This document shows, in pieces, positions 50,052 to 59,290 of a stretch of 64,000 bases of DNA. Each line of letters opens with the position of its first letter. Position 1 is the stretch's first letter. Made by a program: the position numbers and the translations under genes. Source of the DNA: Synechococcus sp. (lineage in GTDB: Bacteria; Cyanobacteriota; Cyanobacteriia; PCC-6307; Cyanobiaceae); the NCBI GenBank assembly GCA_047285805.1, contig JBJBCN010000003.1:288001-352000 (forward strand). Direction: 5' to 3'. Under the pieces are notes generated by a model, which did not search any database, was not told where the DNA came from, and worked only from the letters and a program-made list of their open reading frames with translations.

Positions 50052-51454
50052 GAACTTGAACACTCCTCTATAGAAAGATGCCCAACAGTTCTATTGCTAC
50101 ATGTCCAACCTGATTTTTTTGCTGCCTGAATCAATTGATTCGTCTTGCGAGGTGATGAGCCGAACCCAGGATCAGTTTTGTTGAGAATCAGCATGTCGAA
50201 CCCATACGGAAACAACTGAGCTGCGGGCCTAGCGACAAAGTCAGCCTCTAGTCGATTAGAGATATGAGCCGAGAGACCATTGGATGTCAGTACGCGTTGC
50301 TCAGCTGGAATACTGGAAAGGTGCTCATAATATTTCAAGAATGGCCATGGATTGCGCCACAAAAGAAACCAGCCAGGGTTGAGATTAAGATTAACTGTCA
50401 GATTGATAACTGAAAGAAGCCAAAAAACAAGAAGTATCGGGTTGAGTTGAGCAGTTGAGAACCTTACAAAGAAGAGAGTGTGGGCAGATTCTAGTGCCGC
50501 CAGTGCAAAGAATGGAGCAATCATCATTCCATAGTGGTAAAGGATAGACACCTGATTGGGGTTAGCCGAAAGAGCCAGAGGAGTCAAAACAACCAGCGAT
50601 CCAGCGATCCATGGTATTGAACTCTTGTCCAGAAAGATCAGCCATGGAATAATTAATGCCAGGAAGAACATGGGAGCCATAGATAGGCTCGTGCCATCAA
50701 ACGCCTGAATGAAATGGTGCAAAGAGAGAGGTTCCCGATAAAAACCTAGAGCCGCATCAAACAGATGCGCATAGTTACCTGAATTGTGGTGACCGCCTGG
50801 GAAGAAGAGGGGATACCAGAAAACTGACAAAAAAACGGTCCACACAAGGACAACGCAAGTCAACAGAGCAGAGAGCGTTCGCTTTCCCTGAAGAAAGCAA
50901 GTCAGTGACAAGCCTCCCACAACCAGAACACTGGTCTCGCGGATCGAGAGAATGAGAATCAGAGCGAAGATGCTCCAAATGAGTCTTCTCTGGCGGACTT
51001 GCAGCCAAAAGAAAAATACTGCTAGAGGGAAAAGCGAATCGGGATGAAAGTCAAACCAACACGCATTCCAAAGAGCTGGTTGAAAGAAATAGGCCATTAA
51101 GGCTAACTTTTTCACTTTCGGCGAAACTCTTGTAATACTTGCAAGCCGCAGAAGGACAAGTGAAGCACCTGCCAATGAAACGACCTGAAGAGTCAGCAAA
51201 AACGCTGGACTACTCCAAAACCGATAGAAGAGAGAGATCGGAACAAGAACGAAAGAAGCGTGATCAGCCAGAACAGGCCAACCGGTTAATGATGCTGATT
51301 CTGAAAAGTATCCACGGCTCAGCATCCACGAGAACTGGTTGAAGATGCCCAGATCCCAAGCATTCGACGACAAGCTCAACCAGCGCCCTAAGGCTATAAC
51401 GAGCATCAAGAATGCCGCCAAAGCAATAAGCAGGTAATCAAGCCATTTCGTCAT
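50048..51454 (-). CDS. DUF2079-type membrane protein (predicted GT-C)
   Basis: AWDLGIFNQ, LADHAS, FDFHPD, RE, HY motifs. Confidence 0.72.
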   Translation of the reverse strand: MTKWLDYLLIALAAFLMLVIALGRWLSLSSNAWDLGIFNQFSWMLSRGYFSESASLTGWPVLADHASFVLVPISLFYRFWSSPAFLLTLQVVSLAGASLVLLRLASITRVSPKVKKLALMAYFFQPALWNACWFDFHPDSLFPLAVFFFWLQVRQRRLIWSIFALILILSIRETSVLVVGGLSLTCFLQGKRTLSALLTCVVLVWTVFLSVFWYPLFFPGGHHNSGNYAHLFDAALGFYREPLSLHHFIQAFDGTSLSMAPMFFLALIIPWLIFLDKSSIPWIAGSLVVLTPLALSANPNQVSILYHYGMMIAPFFALAALESAHTLFFVRFSTAQLNPILLVFWLLSVINLTVNLNLNPGWFLLWRNPWPFLKYYEHLSSIPAEQRVLTSNGLSAHISNRLEADFVARPAAQLFPYGFDMLILNKTDPGFGSSPRKTNQLIQAAKKSGWTCSNRTVGHLSIEECSSS

Positions 51455-52518
51455 TGCTCGACCAACAACATCGCGAGTTGAACCCTTTGCTGCCGAGGAG
51501 TAAACCCGCTCCTGGCTCTTAAGTGCGCAGCATCCCCACGCTCAGTAATCAGATTACTTTTCGCAGAAAGTGACGCCACCAAGTTGGCCAATACCGGTGC
51601 TGATGAGGGGACAAGCCAACCCGTCTCACCATCGATGATCAAATCCTGCTGGCCGCCCAAAAGCGCTGCGATTGAGGCGCGTCCGGCCATGGCTGCCTCC
51701 AGATACGCAATTCCAAAGCCTTCACCAGTGGCTTTACCTGCAGCATCAATGGCGAACCCGCTGGGCATCAAAAAGACACTGCAGCGCAGGAACTCCTCAA
51801 TCAACTGCTGGTCGCTTAAACGACCTCTCCAATCAATCTGGTCGGCCACACCAAAGCGCAAAGCCTTCTCATGAAGTCTCTGGCGGTCATTGCCATCCCC
51901 GACCACGGTCCAGCGCAGTTCAGGCTCCAAAGCACCTTGCTGCTTGAGCAGATTTAAAGCATCCAAGATCTGATCATGTCCTTTGTATCGCTCACCCGCA
52001 TCAAGCCTGGCGACCGTCAATAGGCGCAGAGGCAACCCTGGTGGTGGGATGTGGTCCGGGAACTTCAAATCCGAACACGGATGCACGACGGTGATCGGTG
52101 GGCAAGTGGGGAGCCCACCCCGGACCTGCTGAGCCGTAAAACTGCTGCTCGCAGCCAAAGCCGTGCAGGCGCATAGATCCCGGCGCGCTACAGCCAACGC
52201 CTTGCCCCACACTTCGATCCCATGGAGCCAGCAATAGAGGGGCCTGGCAGCCAGAGCAGGGAAAAGGACACGGAGCTTCAGCGGCTTGAGCAGCAGCACA
52301 TGCATGCTGAACACGCTTTTGGCCTGAGGAAGCCACCAGAGCAGCTGCAGCAAGAACCAAAGCCGACCAAGCCAATGCCCGAGCAATCCAGGACCGAGGT
52401 GGCGTGTAGCTAAAAGGCGCGGTTGCAGTCCCAACTCCTGGAGCTGCTCAAACACCTGCAAGCTCAGGCGCTCGATGCCGCCAGGTCGACGAACGTCATA
52501 GGTCACCAGCAAGATCAC
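51451..52518 (-). CDS. GT4 glycosyltransferase
   Basis: GGIER, LHGIEVW, VARLDAGERYKGHD, EGFGIAYLEA. Confidence 0.9.
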   Translation of the reverse strand: MILLVTYDVRRPGGIERLSLQVFEQLQELGLQPRLLATRHLGPGLLGHWLGRLWFLLQLLWWLPQAKSVFSMHVLLLKPLKLRVLFPALAARPLYCWLHGIEVWGKALAVARRDLCACTALAASSSFTAQQVRGGLPTCPPITVVHPCSDLKFPDHIPPPGLPLRLLTVARLDAGERYKGHDQILDALNLLKQQGALEPELRWTVVGDGNDRQRLHEKALRFGVADQIDWRGRLSDQQLIEEFLRCSVFLMPSGFAIDAAGKATGEGFGIAYLEAAMAGRASIAALLGGQQDLIIDGETGWLVPSSAPVLANLVASLSAKSNLITERGDAAHLRARSGFTPRQQRVQLAMLLVEQ

Positions 52519-53750
52519 CAGCTCAACACCTCGGCATAGAGATCACCGTGGGCCCGGGCCACTGCATCAGAACGCCACCGGTCGAGGTGCTCGGAGAACA
52601 CCGGTTGGTCCTGAGGACGCTGCAAGGCCCAACGGATTCCTTGAGCCAACGCTTCTGGGTCAGATTGCTCAGCCAACCAGCCGCTTTGCAGATGGGTAAT
52701 GACATCTGCCATTCCCCCCTGGTCAAAGGCCACCACGGGTGTGCCACAGGCAATGGCTTCGGTGGCTGATTGGGGCAGGTTGTCCATCCGAGAGGGAACT
52801 ACAACGACATCCGCTGCGGCATAGGCCAAAGCAAGGCTGACATCGTCATGGAGTCGCCCGCTGTAGAAAACCGGAATCGGCCAATCCTTTGGCTGCCTGG
52901 GCTGGGATTGCCCAAGGATTACTGCCATCAGCTGATCGGAGTTTTGGAGGACCAAGCGTCGAAGCGCCGACTGCAGCAAATCCGCGCCCTTACGAGGATC
53001 CATTGCGTCGATCGCTCCGAACAAAATCAGGCGCTTGTCTTGAGGCCAACCAAGAGCAGCTCGAGCTTGTGAAGGTTCACTGGATCGAAAAACCTTGGGA
53101 ATGGCGTTGGGCAGGACGTGGCATGGCACCCCAGACAACAGCGCAGAGCGCGAAGCCTGCTCAGCCATCCAGCGGGACGGTGCGATCAACTGAAGCCGAG
53201 ACAACAACGATCCCCAGGCTTTTCCCTTGCGCAGCCAAGTCCATCGATCCAAGTCCATCCCGGTATCCAGCTCAGTGCGGTTCCCGCGGCTGTAGCCGAA
53301 AGCAAAGCGGTGATCCTGCGCATGAAGGGGATAGTGCTCACTGCCGCAAAACGGCCAGGTGTCATGAAGGGTCCAAACCACCGGCCCACGCAGACGACCA
53401 ATGGCCTCCACCGACAGGAATTCATCCTGTAGCCAATGCAAATGCAGCAGATCGGCACCTTGGGCGTTGAGCTCACGGTCGAGCCATGAGGGCAAAGACG
53501 CCACCGAATGGGTGACCGGGTTAGCGCTACGTTGCGGTTTGCTGAGCCACCAACTGGCGGTGCTTCGCAACAACGCCATGGCCTGGCGCGGCTTAGAGCG
53601 GGGGGCGTGCACCCAGGAGTCACCGCTGGTGGCGTAGGCCACGCGCATGGAGCTGTCGATACCGTGATCCCGTAGGGCGCGATGCAAGCGGAAGGCTGCC
53701 CTCGCTGCACCTTGCCCTCCGTCGTAGGTGGAGACCTGAAGGATGCGCAT
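52515..53750 (-). CDS. GT4 glycosyltransferase (WcaC-like)
   Basis: GAARAAFRLH, WTLHDTWPFCG, DPRKG, PSRMDNLPQSATEAIACG. Confidence 0.9.
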   Translation of the reverse strand: MRILQVSTYDGGQGAARAAFRLHRALRDHGIDSSMRVAYATSGDSWVHAPRSKPRQAMALLRSTASWWLSKPQRSANPVTHSVASLPSWLDRELNAQGADLLHLHWLQDEFLSVEAIGRLRGPVVWTLHDTWPFCGSEHYPLHAQDHRFAFGYSRGNRTELDTGMDLDRWTWLRKGKAWGSLLSRLQLIAPSRWMAEQASRSALLSGVPCHVLPNAIPKVFRSSEPSQARAALGWPQDKRLILFGAIDAMDPRKGADLLQSALRRLVLQNSDQLMAVILGQSQPRQPKDWPIPVFYSGRLHDDVSLALAYAAADVVVVPSRMDNLPQSATEAIACGTPVVAFDQGGMADVITHLQSGWLAEQSDPEALAQGIRWALQRPQDQPVFSEHLDRWRSDAVARAHGDLYAEVLSW

Positions 53751-54682
53751 CAACACCTCCAGCCCAGCAAGCGCAGCACTTTTCGGCCCTTACGCAACCA
53801 GTCAGCCCGGCGGCTGCGCTGGAAGAGTCGCCGAAACGTGTCCTCATCACGGAGACGATCAGCCTGCATCACCGTTGGATGACGCAAGGGGAAGCTGAGC
53901 GATCCAGGCTTCCCAAGGGGAGAGCGCTCATCAAGAGTGTGGGTGGCCTCGACGCCAAAACCAATGTTCTCAACGAGCTCGACCGCAGGGATCACGGTCA
54001 AGAACCCCTGCTGCCAGCAGCTGAACTGCCAGACCATGTCCCAGGTGTCGATCTGCCCGGCCGCGAGCTGATCCAACCATTCGCCCCAGCGCCGCGCCAA
54101 ACGCTGTCCCCCCAGTTGCTCGAGCCATTGACCATCGCGGAAGACAGGCCAGCCAATTAGGTCAGGGTCATTGCAACGCCAAGCCCGCCGCCAGCTGGCC
54201 CAACCCCAGCAATGGCTGTAGATCGAGAACCGGTAACTACTGCTATCGCGAGGAGGGCGCCGCTGATGGTTGTTGGCCGCAATGACGCCAACACGCTCGT
54301 CATGGCGATAGCGCTCAAGCAACTCCTGACAGAAGAGGAAAAAGCTCGGGTCGGCGACGATGTCGTCCTCCAGGACAATCCCCTCCTCCTCCTGCTCAAA
54401 AAACCAGTCAAGTGCAGCAGTAACCCCAGCACGACAGCCCAAGTTTTCTTCTTGGAAGTGAGTAATTAGCTCACATGGCCAAGTAATATATTTGCTGCGA
54501 TGCTGCACAAAAAGAGAACGTGTCGCGTTACACCTAGCTAAATCATCGACTTTATTGACATCAGGGCCATCTCCAGCAACGTAAAGCCTCTTTGGCGCAA
54601 CATGTTCCAGAGATTGCAAGACATGACGAGCGTGGTCAGCCCTGTTGTAAATGATGATGAGTACAGCAGTGTCGAACAGCAT
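53750..54682 (-). CDS. GT-A fold nucleotide-diphospho-sugar transferase (GT2-like)
   Basis: IYNR, DGP, NLGCRAGV, WFFEQEEEGIVLEDD, WGWASWRRAW, NIGFG. Confidence 0.8.
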   Translation of the reverse strand: MLFDTAVLIIIYNRADHARHVLQSLEHVAPKRLYVAGDGPDVNKVDDLARCNATRSLFVQHRSKYITWPCELITHFQEENLGCRAGVTAALDWFFEQEEEGIVLEDDIVADPSFFLFCQELLERYRHDERVGVIAANNHQRRPPRDSSSYRFSIYSHCWGWASWRRAWRCNDPDLIGWPVFRDGQWLEQLGGQRLARRWGEWLDQLAAGQIDTWDMVWQFSCWQQGFLTVIPAVELVENIGFGVEATHTLDERSPLGKPGSLSFPLRHPTVMQADRLRDEDTFRRLFQRSRRADWLRKGRKVLRLLGWRC

Positions 54683-54936
54683 CGGAACCTGTCTTGGCAG
54701 ATTACTGGAATAAAGAGAAGCTCATTAGGCACAATCAAAGCATGGAAGCCGTGAATCAGGAACCTTGAGGGACATAGATGTCAAGACTCCAACAGTCGAC
54801 ATAGAGAGCAGAAACTAAAAGTATGCGCAAATTGAACTGGCCGAACCAAAGCATGAAGGGCCATGGAATGAATAGCAAAAGATTCATTAGTCTGCACTTA
54901 TCAGTGAATTGGACAGGACGAGACCGCTGAACATTA

Positions 54937-57339
54937 TTAAGGAGCCAGCCACCAGTAGCCTACCCAGTAGAAAAAACTGATGCAGCCACAAGCCGCCAAC
55001 CAAGGCTTCAAAAAACGACTACGTAGTTGGAGAAGACCCAGGAGTGAAAGACTTGCCAAATCAATCCAAACTCGCGTGTAGTCTGGGAAACGAGCGAGGA
55101 TTTGAGTGCTTGTGCAGAGTGCAGGAAGCAGGTAAATAGCGGAGGCTAGGCGTAACCATAGAGAAGCTCGGTGGCTAGAAGCAACAGCAGCAAGCACCAG
55201 CAGGGTTGAAACCCACAGCGTGAAGCTCCCAGCATCGAAAAGGCGCTCCAACGGCAACGGCTTAGGGCCAGGCAGAGCGTTGAGACCGAGCAACTGACCC
55301 AGTTTCTGGAATAAGCCGACCCCAGGCCAGCCGAAATGAACAGATGCCAGCAAACCGTCTTGGGTTTGAGCAAAGCGGGTGTTGAGAACCTGGGTCCACA
55401 GCAACAAAGGCAAAGGGACACAAGCCAATGGCAGCATCCAAGTCCAACGGCGCTGCAAAAGGGCACTTAACCCTGTAGAAGCCCAAGCCAAAAGAGACGT
55501 CTCGCGGCTGAGCAACGCGGCTGACAATGCAAACGCGTTTGCTCCTCTTTGTTTGGCGGTCCATGTCACCGCCACGGCCAACAAACTGAGCGTGGCCAAG
55601 AGGTCAGCGGTATCGAGGCTGAGGGTGACCCAATACCCCGGCAGGAGCAACGCTGCGAAACCCCATTGGGCTGTGCGTTGGTGCTGCTGGGACCAAAGCG
55701 CCACAAGCAGTGCAGCACATCCAATAGCGAGCACATTTAGACCGACAAGGGCCCAAGCGATAAGCCCAGGCTGACCGAAACCCAAGGCCCAAGCCAAAAA
55801 CGGGTAGAGCAGACGCTTACCGCGATAAACCGGGTTATCCAGCGCCTTGCTAGTTCCCGGGTCCGTCTGCCAAGGGTCCATGGCCAGAGCGAAGTACTGT
55901 TGACCGTCATTACCCCGCTTGCCATGCAGGATCACCAGATCCTGTTTGGCGACCTTAGGAGACAACGGGAACTGATCACCTACCCTTGCAAATCCGGTCG
56001 GGTTGCCGCCGTACTTACCAAAGACCAAGAGCAGCATGACGACCAGCGCAGCCAAGGTCGAGAGCACGCCCACACCGACTGGCGTGATGGCCCGGCTACT
56101 CCCTTGAACTACCCCCTTTACTCCTGACTTCAGGACAGGCCAGCTGGGCCAGAGCGGACAGGCCAAGGGCAAGCCCCAAAGCTCCCTGAGCCAACGTCCT
56201 TCGTACCAACACGACGTCGATGGTGGGATAGGCACGGGCTGTAGATCCGCCTTGATATCAGCCGCCAACTGGGTCCAGAGGGTGGTGAGTTGCTTAGAGC
56301 CATAGGCCGAGGACATGTGGATCCGGCCAGCCTGACCTAGACGCAAACAAAGCTGCGGATCCAGAAGTAGGGCGATGCAGTGCTCAGCTAACTCCTGATC
56401 GCTACTAGCGAGCAAGCCTGTGGTGCCATCCAAGACGGTCTGAACCAGCGCGTTGCGCCGGGGAGCCACCACAGGGATCCCACAGGCGCTGAACTCCGCG
56501 GCGCTCAGGCAGAACGTCTCATCCCGACCCGAGGGATTCACAACCCCAACAGCAACATCCGCGAACGCCGCGTAACGCTCAAGCCCCAAACTGCCCTCGA
56601 AAGCAACTCGATCACTGAAACCGCCCCGATCCAAAAGATCACGGCAGTAATGCTCGTAGGGCGTCAGCGCAGATGCACCGCCCCCCGCGTAGAGATCGGC
56701 ACCGCCAAACACCCGCAAGCGTGACTGAGGACAAGTAAGGGCAATCTCTGGCCACATACGTGCAATGCGGTCAAAGGCTTTGAAGGGCGTAATCGCGCCG
56801 ACGTAGGCAAGATCCCTTGGTGATGCTCCCTGCTCCAGATCAGGTGGAACAAGCACGGGATTGGGAATGACACAGGCGCGCCGAGCCAAGCGGCTGTGAC
56901 GAAAGGCATCCAACTGGGCACCACTAACCAGAACCCAGCGCTTCAGGGCAGGAAGGCTTTCAAAGAAGCCCTGCTGGTCGCAGCCAAGGTTGTGGCACCA
57001 GGCCACAAGCGGAAGGCTGCTCTGGGACAACGCTCGCTGATCAGCCGGCGAAACAAAACCGGGACGAAACACCAAACAGACGGCACCAGCAGCCTCGGCT
57101 TTGGCAAGTGCCTCCCCAAGACTGGAGACCTGACGGATCAGGCCATCTAGGCCAGCCACCGCTTGGGCAGCGGTGAGAAACAGCAAAGGCGCACAGGCCT
57201 CAGGATCAGAATCCAGAAGGGCAACAGAGGCCAGAAAGGCGAATTCCGTACCACCAATTCCAGGGTTACCAAGGCGTGGATCCCCCAGCGGGCCCTTAGT
57301 GGAGAAGCCTCGGTTGTCAAGAAAGAAAGCGAGGCGCAT
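54937..57339 (-). CDS. Fusion: N-terminal GT4 domain plus C-terminal polytopic cell-surface glycopolymer (GT-C-like) domain
   Basis: About 410 aa of GT4 (GIGGTE, ETFCLSAAE), then a TM domain with GNDGQQYFALAMDP, YRGKRLLYP and LSRET; single open frame of 800 aa. Confidence 0.7.
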   Translation of the reverse strand: MRLAFFLDNRGFSTKGPLGDPRLGNPGIGGTEFAFLASVALLDSDPEACAPLLFLTAAQAVAGLDGLIRQVSSLGEALAKAEAAGAVCLVFRPGFVSPADQRALSQSSLPLVAWCHNLGCDQQGFFESLPALKRWVLVSGAQLDAFRHSRLARRACVIPNPVLVPPDLEQGASPRDLAYVGAITPFKAFDRIARMWPEIALTCPQSRLRVFGGADLYAGGGASALTPYEHYCRDLLDRGGFSDRVAFEGSLGLERYAAFADVAVGVVNPSGRDETFCLSAAEFSACGIPVVAPRRNALVQTVLDGTTGLLASSDQELAEHCIALLLDPQLCLRLGQAGRIHMSSAYGSKQLTTLWTQLAADIKADLQPVPIPPSTSCWYEGRWLRELWGLPLACPLWPSWPVLKSGVKGVVQGSSRAITPVGVGVLSTLAALVVMLLLVFGKYGGNPTGFARVGDQFPLSPKVAKQDLVILHGKRGNDGQQYFALAMDPWQTDPGTSKALDNPVYRGKRLLYPFLAWALGFGQPGLIAWALVGLNVLAIGCAALLVALWSQQHQRTAQWGFAALLLPGYWVTLSLDTADLLATLSLLAVAVTWTAKQRGANAFALSAALLSRETSLLAWASTGLSALLQRRWTWMLPLACVPLPLLLWTQVLNTRFAQTQDGLLASVHFGWPGVGLFQKLGQLLGLNALPGPKPLPLERLFDAGSFTLWVSTLLVLAAVASSHRASLWLRLASAIYLLPALCTSTQILARFPDYTRVWIDLASLSLLGLLQLRSRFLKPWLAACGCISFFYWVGYWWLAP

Positions 57340-57681
57340 GGACCCAGTGTCGCCAATAAGCAACAGAGGGATATTATCATTGAATTGCTCTGGCTTTCCC
57401 TAAGCTAAGTCCCACTTAATTGATGATTCGGCTTGGAACGTAAGGCTTTGCTTGACGCAAATAGGGAGAGGATATAGGCGCAAGTGAATTGCCCTCACAG
57501 GCATTGCCTGCATAGACAAGGCAGGCATCTTCATGGAATCTCAAAGTCGATGCGCATAAGAAGATCTGGAAAAGTTGCGAATCCTGAAATACCTCCAGCG
57601 ACACAGAAGCGACCACAACCACGGCAGGCCAAAAAGTGACTTGCATGAGGACGTAAGCTTGCGTTGAAAGGCAGCTCTTAG

Positions 57682-57900
57682 ATGAAGGCTTTACACCTAT
57701 TGCTTCCCGGCGCACATACCCTGTCCCAAGCCACAGAGGCATCACTTAGAGCTAGCTGTGCGCTATATGCAGCAGTTTTTTTCGTGTTATACTTCAAAGG
57801 CAAGGTCGGGACAAGCCTGACATCGATAGCGATCATTTGGATATTAACCAACGCCATCTTTATTTGCGCGGCGTTTTTGCTCTCTAGCCTTTCACGCTAA
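57682..57900 (+). CDS. Small hypothetical membrane protein (2 TMs)
   Basis: 72-aa ORF with two hydrophobic stretches, ending 4 nt before the next ATG. Confidence 0.3.
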   Translation: MKALHLLLPGAHTLSQATEASLRASCALYAAVFFVLYFKGKVGTSLTSIAIIWILTNAIFICAAFLLSSLSR

Positions 57901-57904
57901 TCAA

Positions 57905-59230
57905 ATGAGGAAATACGCTTCGGCCCTATCACGAACAGTTCTAACTGTTGCATCAGTCTCCGCGTTCTTAGAACTACTGTTATATTCATCCGGACAGGCG
58001 TCTGCATTTGGCGACCTACCCAGAACGCTCCCTGGCAAAGAATTTTCAGACTTATTCATTTGGTCGCACAATGCACATGGTTGCGAGATAAGCCCATGGT
58101 TAATGGAGGGTGCAAACCAGTGTTCGGAGGGGCCCAACTTCAACTATCCCTGGTATCCCATCTTTATACTGAGAATTTTAAGGATTAGCGCTTCAGAGAA
58201 CACTTTGCTTGGCTTGCTTATTGGCATCGCCTCGATAGCCGCAACTCTGGCACTCTGCAAATGGTTTGCAAATGCCAACGGCTCCAACAAGAATTGGATT
58301 TATATCTGCACAAGTGTTTTCTTGATGTCCAAACCATTCAGATATGCGCTCGAAAGAGGCCAGCCGGACTTGCTAGTCTATATAGCCATCCTGCTTACCA
58401 TATATCTATATAGTTGCAGGTCACACGCAAGTGCCACTCAAAGGATCGGTAAGTTTGGTTATTCCAAGAAGAGAGCACTGGGCATGCTTGCAACAGCCGT
58501 GGCTACACTTATTAAGCTATACCCAATTACCAGCTTCTTATATTTAGGCCTAAGAGCTCTGCGCGAGGGCGAAACATATCGACCATCCTTGAGGCCAAAG
58601 GTGTCAAGTTATTCCTTTGGCAAGATTGCACTATTTACATTAAGCAGTGCGGCCCTAATCGCTTTATGCATTAAGCCATACGTACTTACAAAGAGTTACA
58701 ATATCTTGAATCTTGGCGGGCACGGGTTTGGATGGCTGGTTCATGTCTCTGAAAGCACAAATCAGGGTACTATTGCGAAGACATTGTTTGTGGTATTTGG
58801 AATGTTATGTGCATTCTCATCTACAGAATCTGTGTCAAGAAACTTAGGCGGCCTTGGTTCCAGGAGCACCCAGAATGCGATAAGCGCTATATTAATAGGG
58901 TCAACAATAGTCTGCCCTCTTTATCTGATTACTGAAAGCATTTACTATAAGTGGATTTTCCTGATGCCTATTCTGGGAGGTGCGTGCGTGATAGCCGGTC
59001 AAACTGTTGACGGAAGGTACCGCGAATTAGGTGTATTGCTCGTCGTTCTATGTGTGATCAGCCTAGATTTGCCATACTTGCCTTATTCGGCAACATTAAC
59101 GCATGGACTTGAAGTATTCACCACATATTCCGTACATCCTTTATTGATAGGAATTTTACTGGGAGTACTAGCCATTGACGCCGCCAGGTATACAGGCTTG
59201 GTCATATTCAAGAAACAAAAACACTATTGA
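57905..59230 (+). CDS. GT87 (DUF2029)-like membrane glycosyltransferase
   Basis: FSDL, FNYP, ALERGQPDL, IKLYP motifs; polytopic. Confidence 0.65.
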   Translation: MRKYASALSRTVLTVASVSAFLELLLYSSGQASAFGDLPRTLPGKEFSDLFIWSHNAHGCEISPWLMEGANQCSEGPNFNYPWYPIFILRILRISASENTLLGLLIGIASIAATLALCKWFANANGSNKNWIYICTSVFLMSKPFRYALERGQPDLLVYIAILLTIYLYSCRSHASATQRIGKFGYSKKRALGMLATAVATLIKLYPITSFLYLGLRALREGETYRPSLRPKVSSYSFGKIALFTLSSAALIALCIKPYVLTKSYNILNLGGHGFGWLVHVSESTNQGTIAKTLFVVFGMLCAFSSTESVSRNLGGLGSRSTQNAISAILIGSTIVCPLYLITESIYYKWIFLMPILGGACVIAGQTVDGRYRELGVLLVVLCVISLDLPYLPYSATLTHGLEVFTTYSVHPLLIGILLGVLAIDAARYTGLVIFKKQKHY

Positions 59231-59290
59231 GGAATTAAAATGGGTCAAAGGCCTAGGCAAATGAAAAATAAAAGATGGAAATAGTTTCTA

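Noticed and set aside
57416..57745. 109-aa - strand ORF in the divergent spacer
   Set aside because: No motifs, overlaps the competing + ORF, and has no coupling to neighbours.
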